A stretch of 64,000 nucleotides of DNA from Octopus vulgaris (lineage: Eukaryota), in contig OX597827.1 in the NCBI GenBank assembly GCA_951406725.2, positions 1 to 64,000 on the forward strand, read 5' to 3'. Every line of letters starts with the position of its first letter. Position 1 is the first letter of the stretch. Shown piece after piece: positions 25,152-37,601 of this stretch. Position numbers and translations under genes: made by a program. The notes under the pieces are model-generated. The model saw only the letters and a list, made by a program, of their open reading frames with translations, had not been told where the DNA came from and made no database searches.

Positions 25152-26964
25152 AGACCATATTGTGTCTTTCTCTTCAGGAAGAAATAGGAAATCCGTTGGA
25201 AAAAACAAAAACAGAACAGAGGCGGAGCAAAACAAATCGAACTAGGCTCCTAAGAGCCCATGGCAAAACTGTTTATCAGTGTATGTTGAGAACCGGTGGT
25301 TGAAGATTTTATCGGGTCAGGCAGCGGTCATTCCTGTGGGTGAGGGTGTGTAGATGTTCTTTGTGACCGAGAATAAAGTTCTGACTATTTAAAGAATATT
25401 TGATGTATTATAAGGGGCGAGAAAAAATGGTTTGTAATTCCCTTTGGTAAGCAGATTAGAACTAACCTCCCCCTCATTTTTAGACAAGCCATCGCCAATA
25501 ACTTCCCCAGAAATTCCAAATATTACTCCACGGTTAACTCGCATAAAGTTAGGATAGCTTTCTCCAACACTAAAAACCTCGCCCAGATAATCGCCTCCCA
25601 TAATAATAGGCTGCTTACTAAGACCCTATCACCTTTTTCCGGAGGCACAGCCTCTTCCGCTCCCGGTTTAATGCTCAGTAGGAATAATTATAGTAGTAAT
25701 AATGATATGAGAGCCAGTACAGTGACTCATAATCTCAGCTCCAGCCAGGGATTACACACTGGGGGTATAGTTATGAATGGGGGTGTTGTAGTTGACGGTA
25801 ACAATGGCAGTAGGGTAGAGAGTCCCAATAGCAACCCCAGCATCATTTCCGGCAATAGCAGCACCACGGGCACTAGCAATGACAGCACTCTGATAGATAG
25901 TGGAGAATCAGGGGTTATTCCGTTAGTTAATAGTGACGTAGTGGAAAATAAAGTAGTAAGCGGCTGCAGTTCTCGTAACAAATATAGTGACAGTAACGCA
26001 ATTCTAATTTCAGAAACTAATCCTAGCAGAATAAGATTCACGTCGGCGAACTCCAAGATCAGAAACGCCGTCTACCAATGCAAGGTTTACACGGACTCAG
26101 ATGTCTACACTTATGAAGGGGCCTCATCGTCAAGATTGGCTTTGCAAATCTCCAATCATTACGCAACTTTTCGAGACATGAATAAACGCCAGACCACGGG
26201 ACTCAGCAAGCTAATATGGCGATTGAAGGATACGAACTCAAGCTACAGGCTGGAATGGTCAATTTTGTCGGTGGCCCTCCCATTTGATAGGGGCAGAAGG
26301 AAGTGCAGCCTTTGTGTCTCCGAACTCTTCCATATATTGTTCGCCAGAGATAATTACGATTAACCACTGCAAGGGGAATTACTCCTGTGAGATAAACGGG
26401 GCTTTGTTTTTGACGACGGGGGGTTTCTTTGACAAGGCATGATTAGACGAACACACGCACACATAAAACATAAAATATTTTTCTGCCACCCAACGGTTTT
26501 TACTGCAGTAGCCATTGTGTAGAGCTGTTTAACAACTGACAGCCGAGCGATCAAACGCACACACGTACACAAAAAATGTTTTCTACCCCTTGACGGAGTT
26601 TTCAGCAGTGACCAGTGAATAGCGCTTCTTGCCAACCTGCGCCAGCACACATATATAGAACAGTAAACACACACATGTCTCTAAGTAGATTTTTCTCGCC
26701 CCTTATAATACATCAAATATTCTTTAAATAGTCAGAACTTTATTCTCGGTTACAAAGAACATCTACACACCCTCACCCACAGGAATGACCGCTGCCTGAC
26801 CCGTTAAAATCTTCAACCACCGGTTCTCAACATACACTGATAAACAGTTTTGCCATGGGCTCTTAGGAGCCTAGTTCGATTTGTTTTGCTCCGCCTCTGT
26901 TCTGTTTTTGTTTTTTCCAACGGATTTCCTATTTCTTCCTGAAGAGAAAGACACAATATGGTCT
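25152..26964 (+). mobile_element. PLE-derived element A: ~275-bp inverted repeats (25152-25426 / 26690-26964) around a GIY-YIG ORF
   Basis: The arms are near-perfect reverse complements, and a hammerhead sits at the right arm. Confidence 0.85.
25671..26363 (+). CDS. GIY-YIG endonuclease with Ser/Asn-rich leader, no RT (C-terminus probably frameshifted)
   Basis: AVYQCKV...YTYEG...NHYATFR...TTGLSKLIW...LEWSIL...KCSLCVSE aligns by eye with the EN of the Penelope ORF at 37602. Confidence 0.75.
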   Translation: MLSRNNYSSNNDMRASTVTHNLSSSQGLHTGGIVMNGGVVVDGNNGSRVESPNSNPSIISGNSSTTGTSNDSTLIDSGESGVIPLVNSDVVENKVVSGCSSRNKYSDSNAILISETNPSRIRFTSANSKIRNAVYQCKVYTDSDVYTYEGASSSRLALQISNHYATFRDMNKRQTTGLSKLIWRLKDTNSSYRLEWSILSVALPFDRGRRKCSLCVSELFHILFARDNYD

Positions 26965-27022
26965 CAATATTCAATCGGATTTTGGTAAATTGTGCCTTTC
27001 GAAACACGTGTAGAATGAAATA
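26930..27022 (+). ncRNA. Type I hammerhead ribozyme
   Basis: TATTTCTTC-CTGAAGA-stem II (GAAAGACACAAT...ATTGTGCCTTTC)-GAAA-CACGTG (palindromic stem III)-TA^GAATGAAATA. Confidence 0.85.
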
Positions 27023-27227
27023 AAACGATTTCTGTTCAATCTTCGTTCAGCTCCATTTCTTCAATTCACCAATAATACTATAATTCAATTATCCACACCA
27101 ACGCACGGTTGCAACACCATATGGTTGTACCTCCAACCGTGCTGTCTTCTGCTGTGATTTTTGCTACCAAGGTATCGGTTAAACTTTTGATTAATCTGCT
27201 ACAAGATTATTCATCTTTCTATTTCAC

Positions 27228-27277
<50 letters not shown>

Positions 27278-27463
27278 CATACACATAAGTACATACATGC
27301 ATAAATGTGTACATATGTTTATTCAAATGCATACACATACACACACTCACGTGCCTCCTTATATACATAAATACATACATGCATACAAACGCATACTCAT
27401 GTAATAAATAATAAATATATATACATGCAGTTACCCTTTATACAGATGGAAACATACATATAA

Positions 27464-27496
<33 letters not shown>

Positions 27497-28737
27497 AGCG
27501 AGAATGAAGCAACAAGAATGGATAGGTTTTTAGTACAATCGTTTCATACAAGGACAGGTTTTATTAAAAGTTGCAAAAATTACAGCATATAAACGTGTCC
27601 CGTACTCATCAGCTAAAATACATGTGAGTTCTCTAGACATCCTAGTGGTTGAGGCTATACTCATGAAGTAATGTAGATAATTAAGTAACATAAACAGATT
27701 TCAAAAGTTCATTAAAGTTCTTTAAAGATGATGTACAGTCTTATCACAGAATTTTAAAAAAAGTCTTAATAGCATCACAGAGAAGGTGACCCAATCCATA
27801 GTGCACATATGAATTTCCAGAGATATGATGAGGGATTACATACTCACAGAAGGCAAATTTATCCATTGTTAATTACAACGAGGTGGGTTTCAATTCCTGC
27901 TTATTAGCATTACAGAGAGGGTGAATTAATCCTTTGTATAGATGCACAATTTCCAATGGTGTAGGTGTAAATTTCCAAGGAATTTCATATTCACAGGCGA
28001 TAAATTTATCAATGGTTGAACACAATGAGGTAGGTATCAATTCTTGCTATATGATTAGGTATTTGCCACATTAATCACATTACTGCTATTTACAAGAGGC
28101 TGTAGCTATTTAACTTTTAAAGGCTGAAGGGCTTACTAGAGCTGTATAGAATAGAAAAGGGAGGGGCATAGAAGAAAAGTGAGAAAATAAAAGAAAGAAA
28201 ATAAAAGAGGAGGGAGCAAAAAGGGGGGAAAGGGGGACTCAAAGAGAAGAGAAAAGGAAAAAGAGAATAAGAAGAAGAAAAGGAAAAAAAAAGAGAAAAG
28301 AGAAAGAAAAAGAAATAGGGAAGGAAGGGAAAAAAGAAAAAGAAAAAGAAAAAAAAAGAAAAAAGAAAAAGAAGAAAGAAGAAAAGAAAAAGATAAAAAG
28401 GGTTCTAGTTATACAGAAGAATTAGTAGACGACAAGTCTGGTTTTAGTTTACAGGCATCTAGGAATTAGAGGAGAATATTATTCTTTGACCAGTTAAAAT
28501 AGCTAATTTATTGCTGTTGAAATCAGCTATGAATTTAAAGAGAATCTAAAGAGATAACACAGTTAGGGGTTTCGGGGTCAGATGCTAAAATCACCAGAAA
28601 ATACATTAGGGAAAACTAGGTATAATCTTATCAAAAAGTCATTAAAATTTACTTACTTATTTATTCATTTTATTGTCTTAAGGAGTTGCCGTTATTATTC
28701 ATACATTGACGGACTACAGGAAAGATAGAAATATAAA

Positions 28738-28768
<31 letters not shown>

Positions 28769-28773
28769 TCAGC

Positions 28774-29646
28774 ATGAATACCAATAGCAATTGTAATAAT
28801 ACTACCAACAATAAAAGCAGCAATAGTAACTATCAAAACATAGGTGAAATTAGTAACCACAGAATGACTAATAGCATTAACATTAATAGTAATAATAGCA
28901 ATGCCGATATTAGTAGAAGGAATAATGTTAATAATAGAAATAATAGAAATAGGGAAAATAGAGAAAATAAGGAGAATGAAAATATTAGTGATATCTATAA
29001 CAACAATATGCAGTCGGATAAAAAGACTAGCAATAATATTAACATTACCAATAATATAAGAAATCATGGTAGGACTTTAGATCTAAATAATGAAACAGAA
29101 GGATCAAGAAATAATAGCAATACTTTAGATATCAGCACCAACTATAGAAATGATAATCAAAATAACAGGAACCTAAAACATCTACCCAAGAATAATCCAA
29201 AGCCTGAAGGTATTCCTCCTGTGTGTAAGTGTAGAATAAAATCAAAATGCCCGGCACCTGGTCTATGTGGAGAAAATAATGTAATCTATAAATGTACCAT
29301 ATCCACGGAGAATAACAAATACTATTACCTTGGATGTACAATAAATTTTTTAGCTAGAGTTAGAAATCACATCTCGACTTTTAAATTACGTCATAAAGCT
29401 GGTACCACCACGCTTTCAAACAAAATCTGGGAACTCAAAAATAATAATAAAAATTATAACCTTAATTGGGAAATAGTTAGGAGAGCAATTCCGTATAAAA
29501 ATAGTAGGGTTGGTTGCCAACTATGCTCCATGGAGACATATGAAATTCTAAAGCATAGAAAACATAGAAACCTATTGAATAACCATATCGAACTAGGTCA
29601 AGTTTGTGTCCACGCTAAATTGAAGACTTTAAAATATTTTAAATGA
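28774..29646 (+). CDS. Asn-rich leader + CxCx5C linker + intact GIY-YIG endonuclease, no RT
   Basis: CKCRIKSKCPAPGLC, VIYKC...YYLG, RVRNH, TTLSNKIW, CQLC..E and LLN......CVH are all colinear with the Penelope EN at ~37602-38070. Confidence 0.88.
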   Translation: MNTNSNCNNTTNNKSSNSNYQNIGEISNHRMTNSININSNNSNADISRRNNVNNRNNRNRENRENKENENISDIYNNNMQSDKKTSNNINITNNIRNHGRTLDLNNETEGSRNNSNTLDISTNYRNDNQNNRNLKHLPKNNPKPEGIPPVCKCRIKSKCPAPGLCGENNVIYKCTISTENNKYYYLGCTINFLARVRNHISTFKLRHKAGTTTLSNKIWELKNNNKNYNLNWEIVRRAIPYKNSRVGCQLCSMETYEILKHRKHRNLLNNHIELGQVCVHAKLKTLKYFK

Positions 29647-31174
29647 TTAGAATATTCGTAACTAGATAGATAGATATAACCTGATTTCTACTGGTATAGC
29701 ACTGCTTTAAGTAGATAACTAAGAGTTCTCACACTACAGTTATCTTTTTCCTATATCTACATCAGTTTTTTGAGAACAGGTAAATGAATAGCACTTATTC
29801 GCCACTTAATTGAGGCTTTATTTAATTTCAAACTCACAATTTTTAAATTTTTTAAATTCTTAATTTTAAATCTTAATTGTAATTTTTAATTTTAGTTCCT
29901 AACTTAATCTAATTTAATTAGCATAACTCTAATAAATTAAAATGAGTTACTATAGACCCATTGTTCTATTCCAAAATTAAATAAATGAGACTATTCCCTC
30001 GGTGATAATATGATTATCTTCATTATGATAGACAATCCCCTAACACCTTTTAATGATCTTCTAAGATTTGACCTGTAGTCCGTCAATGTATGAATAATAA
30101 CGGCAACTCCTTAAGACAATAAAATGAATAAATAAGTAAGTAAATTTTAATGACTTTTTGATAAGATTATACCTAGTTTTCCCTAATGTATTTTCTGGTG
30201 ATTTTAGCATCTGACCCCGAAACCCCTAACTGTGTTATCTCTTTAGATTCTCTTTAAATTCATAGCTGATTTCAACAGCAATAAATTAGCTATTTTAACT
30301 GGTCAAAGAATAACATTCTCCTCTAATTCCTAGATGCCTGTAAACTAAAACCAGACTTGTCGTCTACTAATTCTTCTGTATAACTAGAACCCTTTTTATC
30401 TTTTTCTTTTCTTCTTTCTTCTTTTTTCTTTTTTCTTTTTTTTTTTTCTTTTTCTTTTTCTTTTTCCCTTCCTTCCCTATTTCTTTTTCTTTCTCTTTTC
30501 TCTTTTTTCTTTTTCTTCTTCTTATTCTCTTTTTCCTTTTCTCTTCTCTTTGAGTCCCCCTTTCCCCCCCTTTTTGCTCCCTCCTCTTTTATTTTCTTTC
30601 TTTTATTTTCTCACTTTTCTTCTATGCCCCTCCCTTTTCTATTCTATACAGCTCTAGTAAGCCCTTCAGCCTTTAAAAGTTAAATAGCTACAGCCTCTTG
30701 TAAATAGCAGTAATGTGATTAATGTGGCAAATACCTAATCATATAGCAAGAATTGATACCTACCTCATTGTGTTCAACCATTGATAAATTTATCGCCTGT
30801 GAATATGAAATTCCTTGGAAATTTACACCTACACCATTGGAAATTGTGCATCTATACAAAGGATTAATTCACCCTCTCTGTAATGCTAATAAGCAGGAAT
30901 TGAAACCCACCTCGTTGTAATTAACAATGGATAAATTTGCCTTCTGTGAGTATGTAATCCCTCATCATATCTCTGGAAATTCATATGTGCACTATGGATT
31001 GGGTCACCTTCTCTGTGATGCTATTAAGACTTTTTTTAAAATTCTGTGATAAGACTGTACATCATCTTTAAAGAACTTTAATGAACTTTTGAAATCTGTT
31101 TATGTTACTTAATTATCTACATTACTTCATGAGTATAGCCTCAACCACTAGGATGTCTAGAGAACTCACATGTA

Positions 31175-31265
31175 TTTTAGCTGATGAGTACGGGACACGT
31201 TTATATGCTGTAATTTTTGCAACTTTTAATAAAACCTGTCCTTGTATGAAACGATTGTACTAAAA
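31175..31265 (+). ncRNA. Type I hammerhead ribozyme (minus-strand copies at 27528-27618 and 21158-21248)
   Basis: TTTTAG-CTGATGA-GTACGGGACA...TGTCCTTGTAT-GAAA-CGATTG-TA^CTAAAA. Confidence 0.85.
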
Positions 31266-31408
31266 ACCTATCCATTCTTGTTGCTTCATTCTCGCTTATA
31301 ATCACCCCACATTACTGTATTGTTAAATCAGTATAGTTTTTTTGGTGCATCTAAGTTAGGTACCATATTCAAGTAAATTCATTTAAATTAACTTGAATCT
31401 TTATTGCT

Positions 31409-31440
<32 letters not shown>

Positions 31441-31445
31441 GCATA

Positions 31446-31480
<35 letters not shown>

Positions 31481-31485
<5 letters not shown>

Positions 31486-31756
31486 CCTATCTACACATAT
31501 GTATATATACATACATACATGCATATACACATAACTCTACGTACCTACATATACATAAACACACAAGCGTACACATATACATATATATACATATACATAC
31601 ATACATACATACATACATACATACATGTATGTATGTATGTATGTATGTATGTATATGTATATGTGTACGCTTGTGTGTTTATGTATATGTAGGTACGTAG
31701 AGTTATGTGTATGTGCATGTATGTATGTATATATACATATGTGTAGATAGGTATAT
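31481..31756. repeat. Near-perfect spacer-less palindrome centred on CATG at 31624-31627
   Basis: TACCTATCTACACATATG...AACTCTACGTACCTAC...CACAAGCGTACAC is mirrored after the centre. Confidence 0.85.
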
Positions 31757-31769
31757 ATATATATATATG

Positions 31770-32039
31770 TGTGTGTGTATGTTTATATGTATGTTTCCGT
31801 CTGTATAAAGGGTAACTGCATGTATATATATTTATTATTTATTACTTGAGTATGCGTTTGTATGCATGTATGTATTTATGTATATAAGGAGGCGCGTGAG
31901 TGTGTGTATGTGTATGCATTTGAATAAACATATGTACACATTTATGCATGTATGTACTTATGTGTATGTATGTATATATATATATATATATATGTGTATA
32001 TATATATATGTGTAGAGGTATGTGTATATGTATATGTGT

Positions 32040-32093
<54 letters not shown>

Positions 32094-32485
32094 ATGCTTG
32101 TGTGTTTATGTATATGTAGGTATGTAGAGTTATGTGTGTATGTATGTATGTATATATACATATGTGTAAATAGGTATATATGTGTATGTTTATATGTATG
32201 TATCCGTCTGTATAATGGGTAATTGCACGTATATATATTTATTATCTATTATTTGAGTATGCATGTATGTATATATGTATATGTCTGTATGCATGTATGT
32301 ATTTATGTATATAAGGAGGCGCGTGTGTGTGTGTATGTGTATGCATATGTATAAACATATGTATACATTTATGTATGTATGTACTTATGTGTATATATAG
32401 ATGCGCGTGTGTGTGTGTATGTGTACGCATATATATGTGTATATGTGTATGTGTGTATGTATGTATATGTGTATGTATATGTATG

Positions 32486-32550
<65 letters not shown>

Positions 32551-33159
32551 GTATGTGTATGTATGTGTATGTATGTGTATATGTATATATGTATATGTGT
32601 ATATATATTTATTAGAGTATATGTATGGACTAGTCTTCTGTGGGTGTATTGAGGTATGTATGTGTATGCGTGTAGATATGAATCTGTAGGTACGTGTACG
32701 TATGTGTATATACGTGAATGTATGTATGTATGAATATAACACGTGCATGTGTGTATTTGTATGAGTGTACGTGTGAGTGTGTGTGCGTGAGTGAGTGTTT
32801 GTGTTCGTATCAGTGAGTAGAAAGATAAATGGACTCTTTCGACTATCCCTTGGGACGACAGCCGGGATGGCTGACCGAGTTCAAGATAAAAATAAAGATT
32901 TAAACAAAGGTAATAATAAAATTAAAATAAGGGAATAAAAATGTGTGTGTATGTGTGTGCATGTATATGCATGTGTATGTGTGTGTATGTATATATATGT
33001 GCCAGTGTGTATATATATATGTATATGTATGTATATATGTATATATATATGTATATACATATGTATATGTATATATGTAGATATATGTATGGGTTTGTAT
33101 GTGTATGTATGCATGTATATATATATGTGTATATGGGTGTGTGCGTATATATGTGTATG

Positions 33160-33203
<44 letters not shown>

Positions 33204-33535
33204 CATATATATGGATATGTGAGCGTGTGTGTATGGGGGTGTATATCCCCTCTTAGTTATATATTTATATATATATGTGTGTGTAGACATATATAAGTGT
33301 ATGTATGAGTATGGGTATGGGCGTGTACGTAGATACATGTATATGGGTACATATGTACATGTGTATATGGGTGTATGTGTGTATGTGTAAGTATGTGTAT
33401 GTGTATATATGTATATGTCTATGTATGCATATATGTGTGTATATGTGTGTATGTATATGTACACATATGTGTGCATATATGTGTGTGTATATGGACATGT
33501 GTGTGCATGTATATGTATATATATATGTATATATA

Positions 33536-33602
<67 letters not shown>

Positions 33603-33981
33603 ATGAATATGTGGGTGTATATATATATGTATATGTATAAGTGAGAGTCTCCTTATTTACATAAAAATCTATTTTTCTATTTATTCTTTTATTCTTTTAT
33701 TTATTCTCTTATCTACTTTACCACCGTTTCCTTCGACCACTCCCCTAAGAATGATAGTTTTGCGCCATGCCTACCCCCAAAAAGTCCCCCACCACCACCC
33801 CTTTAAACCTGCCTAAATGTATAAATGCCAAAACAACTCTTGTCAACTAGCTTCCTGATGATTTCTTTTGAATGAAACAGTTCTAGTCCTGTAGAAGCTC
33901 CTTCTATATAATAAATTAATTTACTCTGCTATGTATTGAGTACCTTATTTACTGTGGTTAACCCCGACTCAACCCGGGACC
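31770..33981 (+). mobile_element. Element C copy in opposite orientation (right arm of the large palindrome)
   Basis: Reverse complement of 21528-22920 and parts of 24700-25140. Ends ...AACCCGGGACC followed by (TA)n. Confidence 0.8.
33849..33899 (+). ncRNA. Type I hammerhead ribozyme (minus-strand copies at 21544-21594 and 23009-23059)
   Basis: AGCTTC-CTGATGA-TTTCTTTTGAAT-GAAA-CAG TTCTAGTC CTG-TA^GAAGCT. Confidence 0.85.
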
Positions 33982-34015
33982 TATATATATATATATATAC
34001 ATCCGGCTTTTGCAG

Positions 34016-34068
34016 ATGGAGCATGACCTTTCAACCGTGACGGGAACATTTAGAGTTGAAGACTGTGG
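34016..34068 (+). CDS. SEA-like domain exon 2: MEHDLSTVTGTFRVEDCG
   Basis: CTTTTGCAG acceptor, GTAAGC donor, phase 0-2. The paralog at 50778 keeps length and frame. Confidence 0.8.
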
Positions 34069-34278
34069 GTAAGCAGATGCATCTAACACATTTATTCAAA
34101 TTTATTTGGTTTTGTTCCAAACATTCGATTTAATCGCATATATACGTCACAATAGTCAATAGTGTTGTACTTGTGACCTACAATATACTAATTCATACAT
34201 TCAATGAAATGTTTAAGTGTGTTATCAACGTTTTATTATACAAAGGACAAACAAACCCATATAAAGATACAGAGAGAA

Positions 34279-34323
<45 letters not shown>

Positions 34324-34343
34324 TATATACATATACATACATA

Positions 34344-34425
<82 letters not shown>

Positions 34426-34481
34426 GATGTAGGTATGTACATATATGTATGTATGCATATGTTTTATTCATTAAATTGTTG

Positions 34482-34567
<86 letters not shown>

Positions 34568-34750
34568 CATATGCATACACACACATATATACACACATAT
34601 ATATATACACACATATATGGGTGTGTATTTATATAAATTGAGGTGGGTATCGGCAATTTGAAACCAACAAGGAAATAATTCAGTCACTATGTGTGAAAAG
34701 AGTGCAGTGAGCACCAGCATTATTAGAAATATTAGTCATAGACTCCTTAG

Positions 34751-35096
34751 TGAAGGCGCATGGCTCAGTGGTTAGAGCGTCGAGCTTACGATCGTGAGGT
34801 TGTGAGCTCGAATCCCGGGCCGGGCTGCGTGTTGTGTTCTTGAGCAAGGCACTTTATTTCACGTTGCTCCAGTTCACTCAACTGTAGAAATGAGTTGCGA
34901 CGTCACAGGTGCCAAGCTGTATCGGCCTTTGTCTTTCCCTTTGATAACACCGGTGGCGTGGAGAGGGGAGGCCGGTATGCATGGGCGACTGCTGGTCTTC
35001 CATAAACAACCTTGCCCGGACTTGTGTCTAGGAGGGTAACTTTCTAGGTGCAATCCCATGGTCATTCATGACCGAAGGGGGTCTTTACCTTACCCT
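34751..35096 (+). mobile_element. tRNA-derived SINE with 12-bp target-site duplication
   Basis: Same family as 20621. TAGACTCCTTAG occurs at 34739-34750 and 35097-35108. Confidence 0.9.
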
Positions 35097-35379
35097 TAGA
35101 CTCCTTAGCCACAAAAAGACATGGTCTTTGCATTGACAGTGGGGAGAACATTCCCCACGGTAAGCCAGATGGATTAGATTAGCATGGTAATTTCTTATAG
35201 GAAGTTAATACTCATCAGCAATGCTCACTCCATTACGGCTGGTGGAGGCTAACTCACGCCTCTCAGTATCATTGAGAATGCCATAGGAATTAGGGATTGA
35301 TTTCACAAAATAGCAATGTGAAGATTATAAAATATTTAAGGTGGCTAACACACAATTTAAAACCAACGAGGTAATTGTA

Positions 35380-35455
<76 letters not shown>

Positions 35456-35466
35456 TAAAGTGTATT

Positions 35467-35526
<60 letters not shown>

Positions 35527-36030
35527 CATATATAAAGTGTATTTAAAGATTTATGCAGGGAGTGAAGACCATCATGTGGATTTCTTAGTGGACGAATATC
35601 TTCTTAAGGCCAACTTTTAATCACCCGCGAGTAGTTCTAGCCTTCTTCACTAATTCTGTTCTCAACCATACTGAATGCGGTTATTTTAGCTATGATGATC
35701 CAATCCTGAGCTATATTTGAATATAGAGATAGAAAGCGATGTGAAAGACAGTGATGATGGTGGTGGAGGTGAAAGTGATGAAAAGTATTGATGGTGATGG
35801 CGTCAGAAGTCTGGATGGCGTGTGTATGGCAGATATGGTTGTGATGGTGGTGGTACTGTCGTTTATCATGAAGCTTTGCAATAAGTTCCGAGTCGACAAA
35901 TTATATCATTGCTTTGATGAAAATTGTTCATTGCTTGAGAAATATTCATGTTTCATGAAACTTAATATGTACTCAATGCATGGTGTCATTGTTGGACCCA
36001 AGGATTAACAGGGCAGCTTTTAAACGAATG

Positions 36031-36099
<69 letters not shown>

Positions 36100-36207
36100 A
36101 TGTATGTATATTTCTAGCTAGCTAGCTACATACATACATACATACATACATACATACATACATACATACATACCGACATACATGTATGTATTTATTTTTT
36201 ATTTCAG

Positions 36208-36362
36208 CTCCAACAGAAATAAAATATTTGCTATTTACTGTACAGTATTTAGCGAAATGACTGAAAGTCAACTGCGGCGCAATATCTCCCAAGTTTTGAA
36301 CAAATCCCAGGCATTGCTTAACTTAGGAGTTAAGAAAAGCCACATGAAATTCCTTGATGAAA
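36208..36362 (+). CDS. SEA-like domain exon 3: SNRNKIFAIYCTVFSEMTESQLRRNISQVLNKSQALLNLGVKKSHMKFLDE
   Basis: TTTTATTTCAG acceptor, GTAAGT donor, phase 2-1, open frame. Confidence 0.82.
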
Positions 36363-37212
36363 GTAAGTATCGTGTTTCTTATTAATTTTATCATCATTAC
36401 CGTCATAATTAGCTTCATCAATCACCAACCTCTTCGTCGTTGTCGTCATCATCAACCACAGTAGATGATACCAAGCACACAGACTCTTTCCCCCTCTCTC
36501 TCTCTCACGCACAACTATTTATTTACATTTTCTCAAAGCTTGGATAATTTCAAAAAAACAGCATTTTATTTTGCGCTTTTCCTTTTCTTGTCCCTACGGA
36601 ACTGTTTGTCTTTGCTCAGTTTCTTTTTAATTATACCAATTAACCAAGGGCAAAAAAGTTGTCTTCTAATTTTGTATAGAAGTAGAAGATGCAGACTCTA
36701 CTGGGCAGAAAAATTCAAACAATTCCAGTACTTTCTTAAATTCAAACAGGAAAACTATTTAATGCTGCAAATAATTTTCCTCAGCGGAATTTCATTTTGT
36801 TTGAAGTGAACCTATTAATTTTTGAATAAGAAACGATAGATACACACACAGCTCATACGCTTTAAACAATGTCTAAGAGATATAAGAGAGGAACAAATCA
36901 TATCCCATTGCCGAAAAATGATATATTTTCTCTTCGTTTCCATTCATTTCATTTTACCATCGCCAAATCAATATAACATCCACCTAATTCTAGCGTACAT
37001 TAAGTTTTGCGCTTCCGGTCTAAAGAGTGATCAATATATTACGAAATTCAACACTAGAGGCCGTGAAACAGACTAGCATTCTGAGTAGTCATAACCCGTA
37101 ACCAGTTATATATTGCTCGAGAAAATATAAAACATATATATACATATGCACAGACCTCTATTTCTATTTTATTTATTATTTTTTTAAGAATATATAAGGA
37201 AATATATATAAA

Positions 37213-37247
<35 letters not shown>

Positions 37248-37601
37248 ATAAAACGGTAAGATAACAAAAGAAAGAAAGAGACCTCAATATTATGTAAATA
37301 GAGGAAATTTATCTATACAATATGTTACATTACTCGGTAGTCAAGATAAAACTCTGAGTTTCAGATGCCGAAGTGGAAATCCACAACACCATCTCTTCGG
37401 TTATCTGGCTATTTGAAAACGTTATGAAAAAATACCGTTAAAAATGAAGGGAAATTACTCTGTTATAACTCTGCTTTGCCTGCGTACTTATACATCGCTC
37501 GCATTTTTCGTCATAAAAATTATATAAAAATACATAAAAAATATATAAAAATATATAAAAATATATAAAATCTTCTTGGGACATAACACAGAAAGCATGT
37601 T

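Larger units (their letters stand above)
27493..31412 (+). mobile_element. PLE-derived element B: ~1.23-kb near-perfect inverted repeats (27493-28720 / 30072-31300) around a GIY-YIG ORF
   Basis: The arms mirror each other, including a polypurine/polypyrimidine block and a hammerhead. The element is flanked by (TA)n. Confidence 0.9.

Noticed and set aside
21799-25245. Many ORFs rich in YI/HT/CV/MY dipeptides (also 13785-14307, 31393-35529, 46796-48108)
   Set aside because: They are translations of (TA)n, (CA)n and (TACA)n microsatellites, not proteins.
35140-35159. 20-nt AG...GTAAGC micro-exon candidate
   Set aside because: It would break the frame between SEA exons 2 and 3, and the paralogous site has a length-changed G run.
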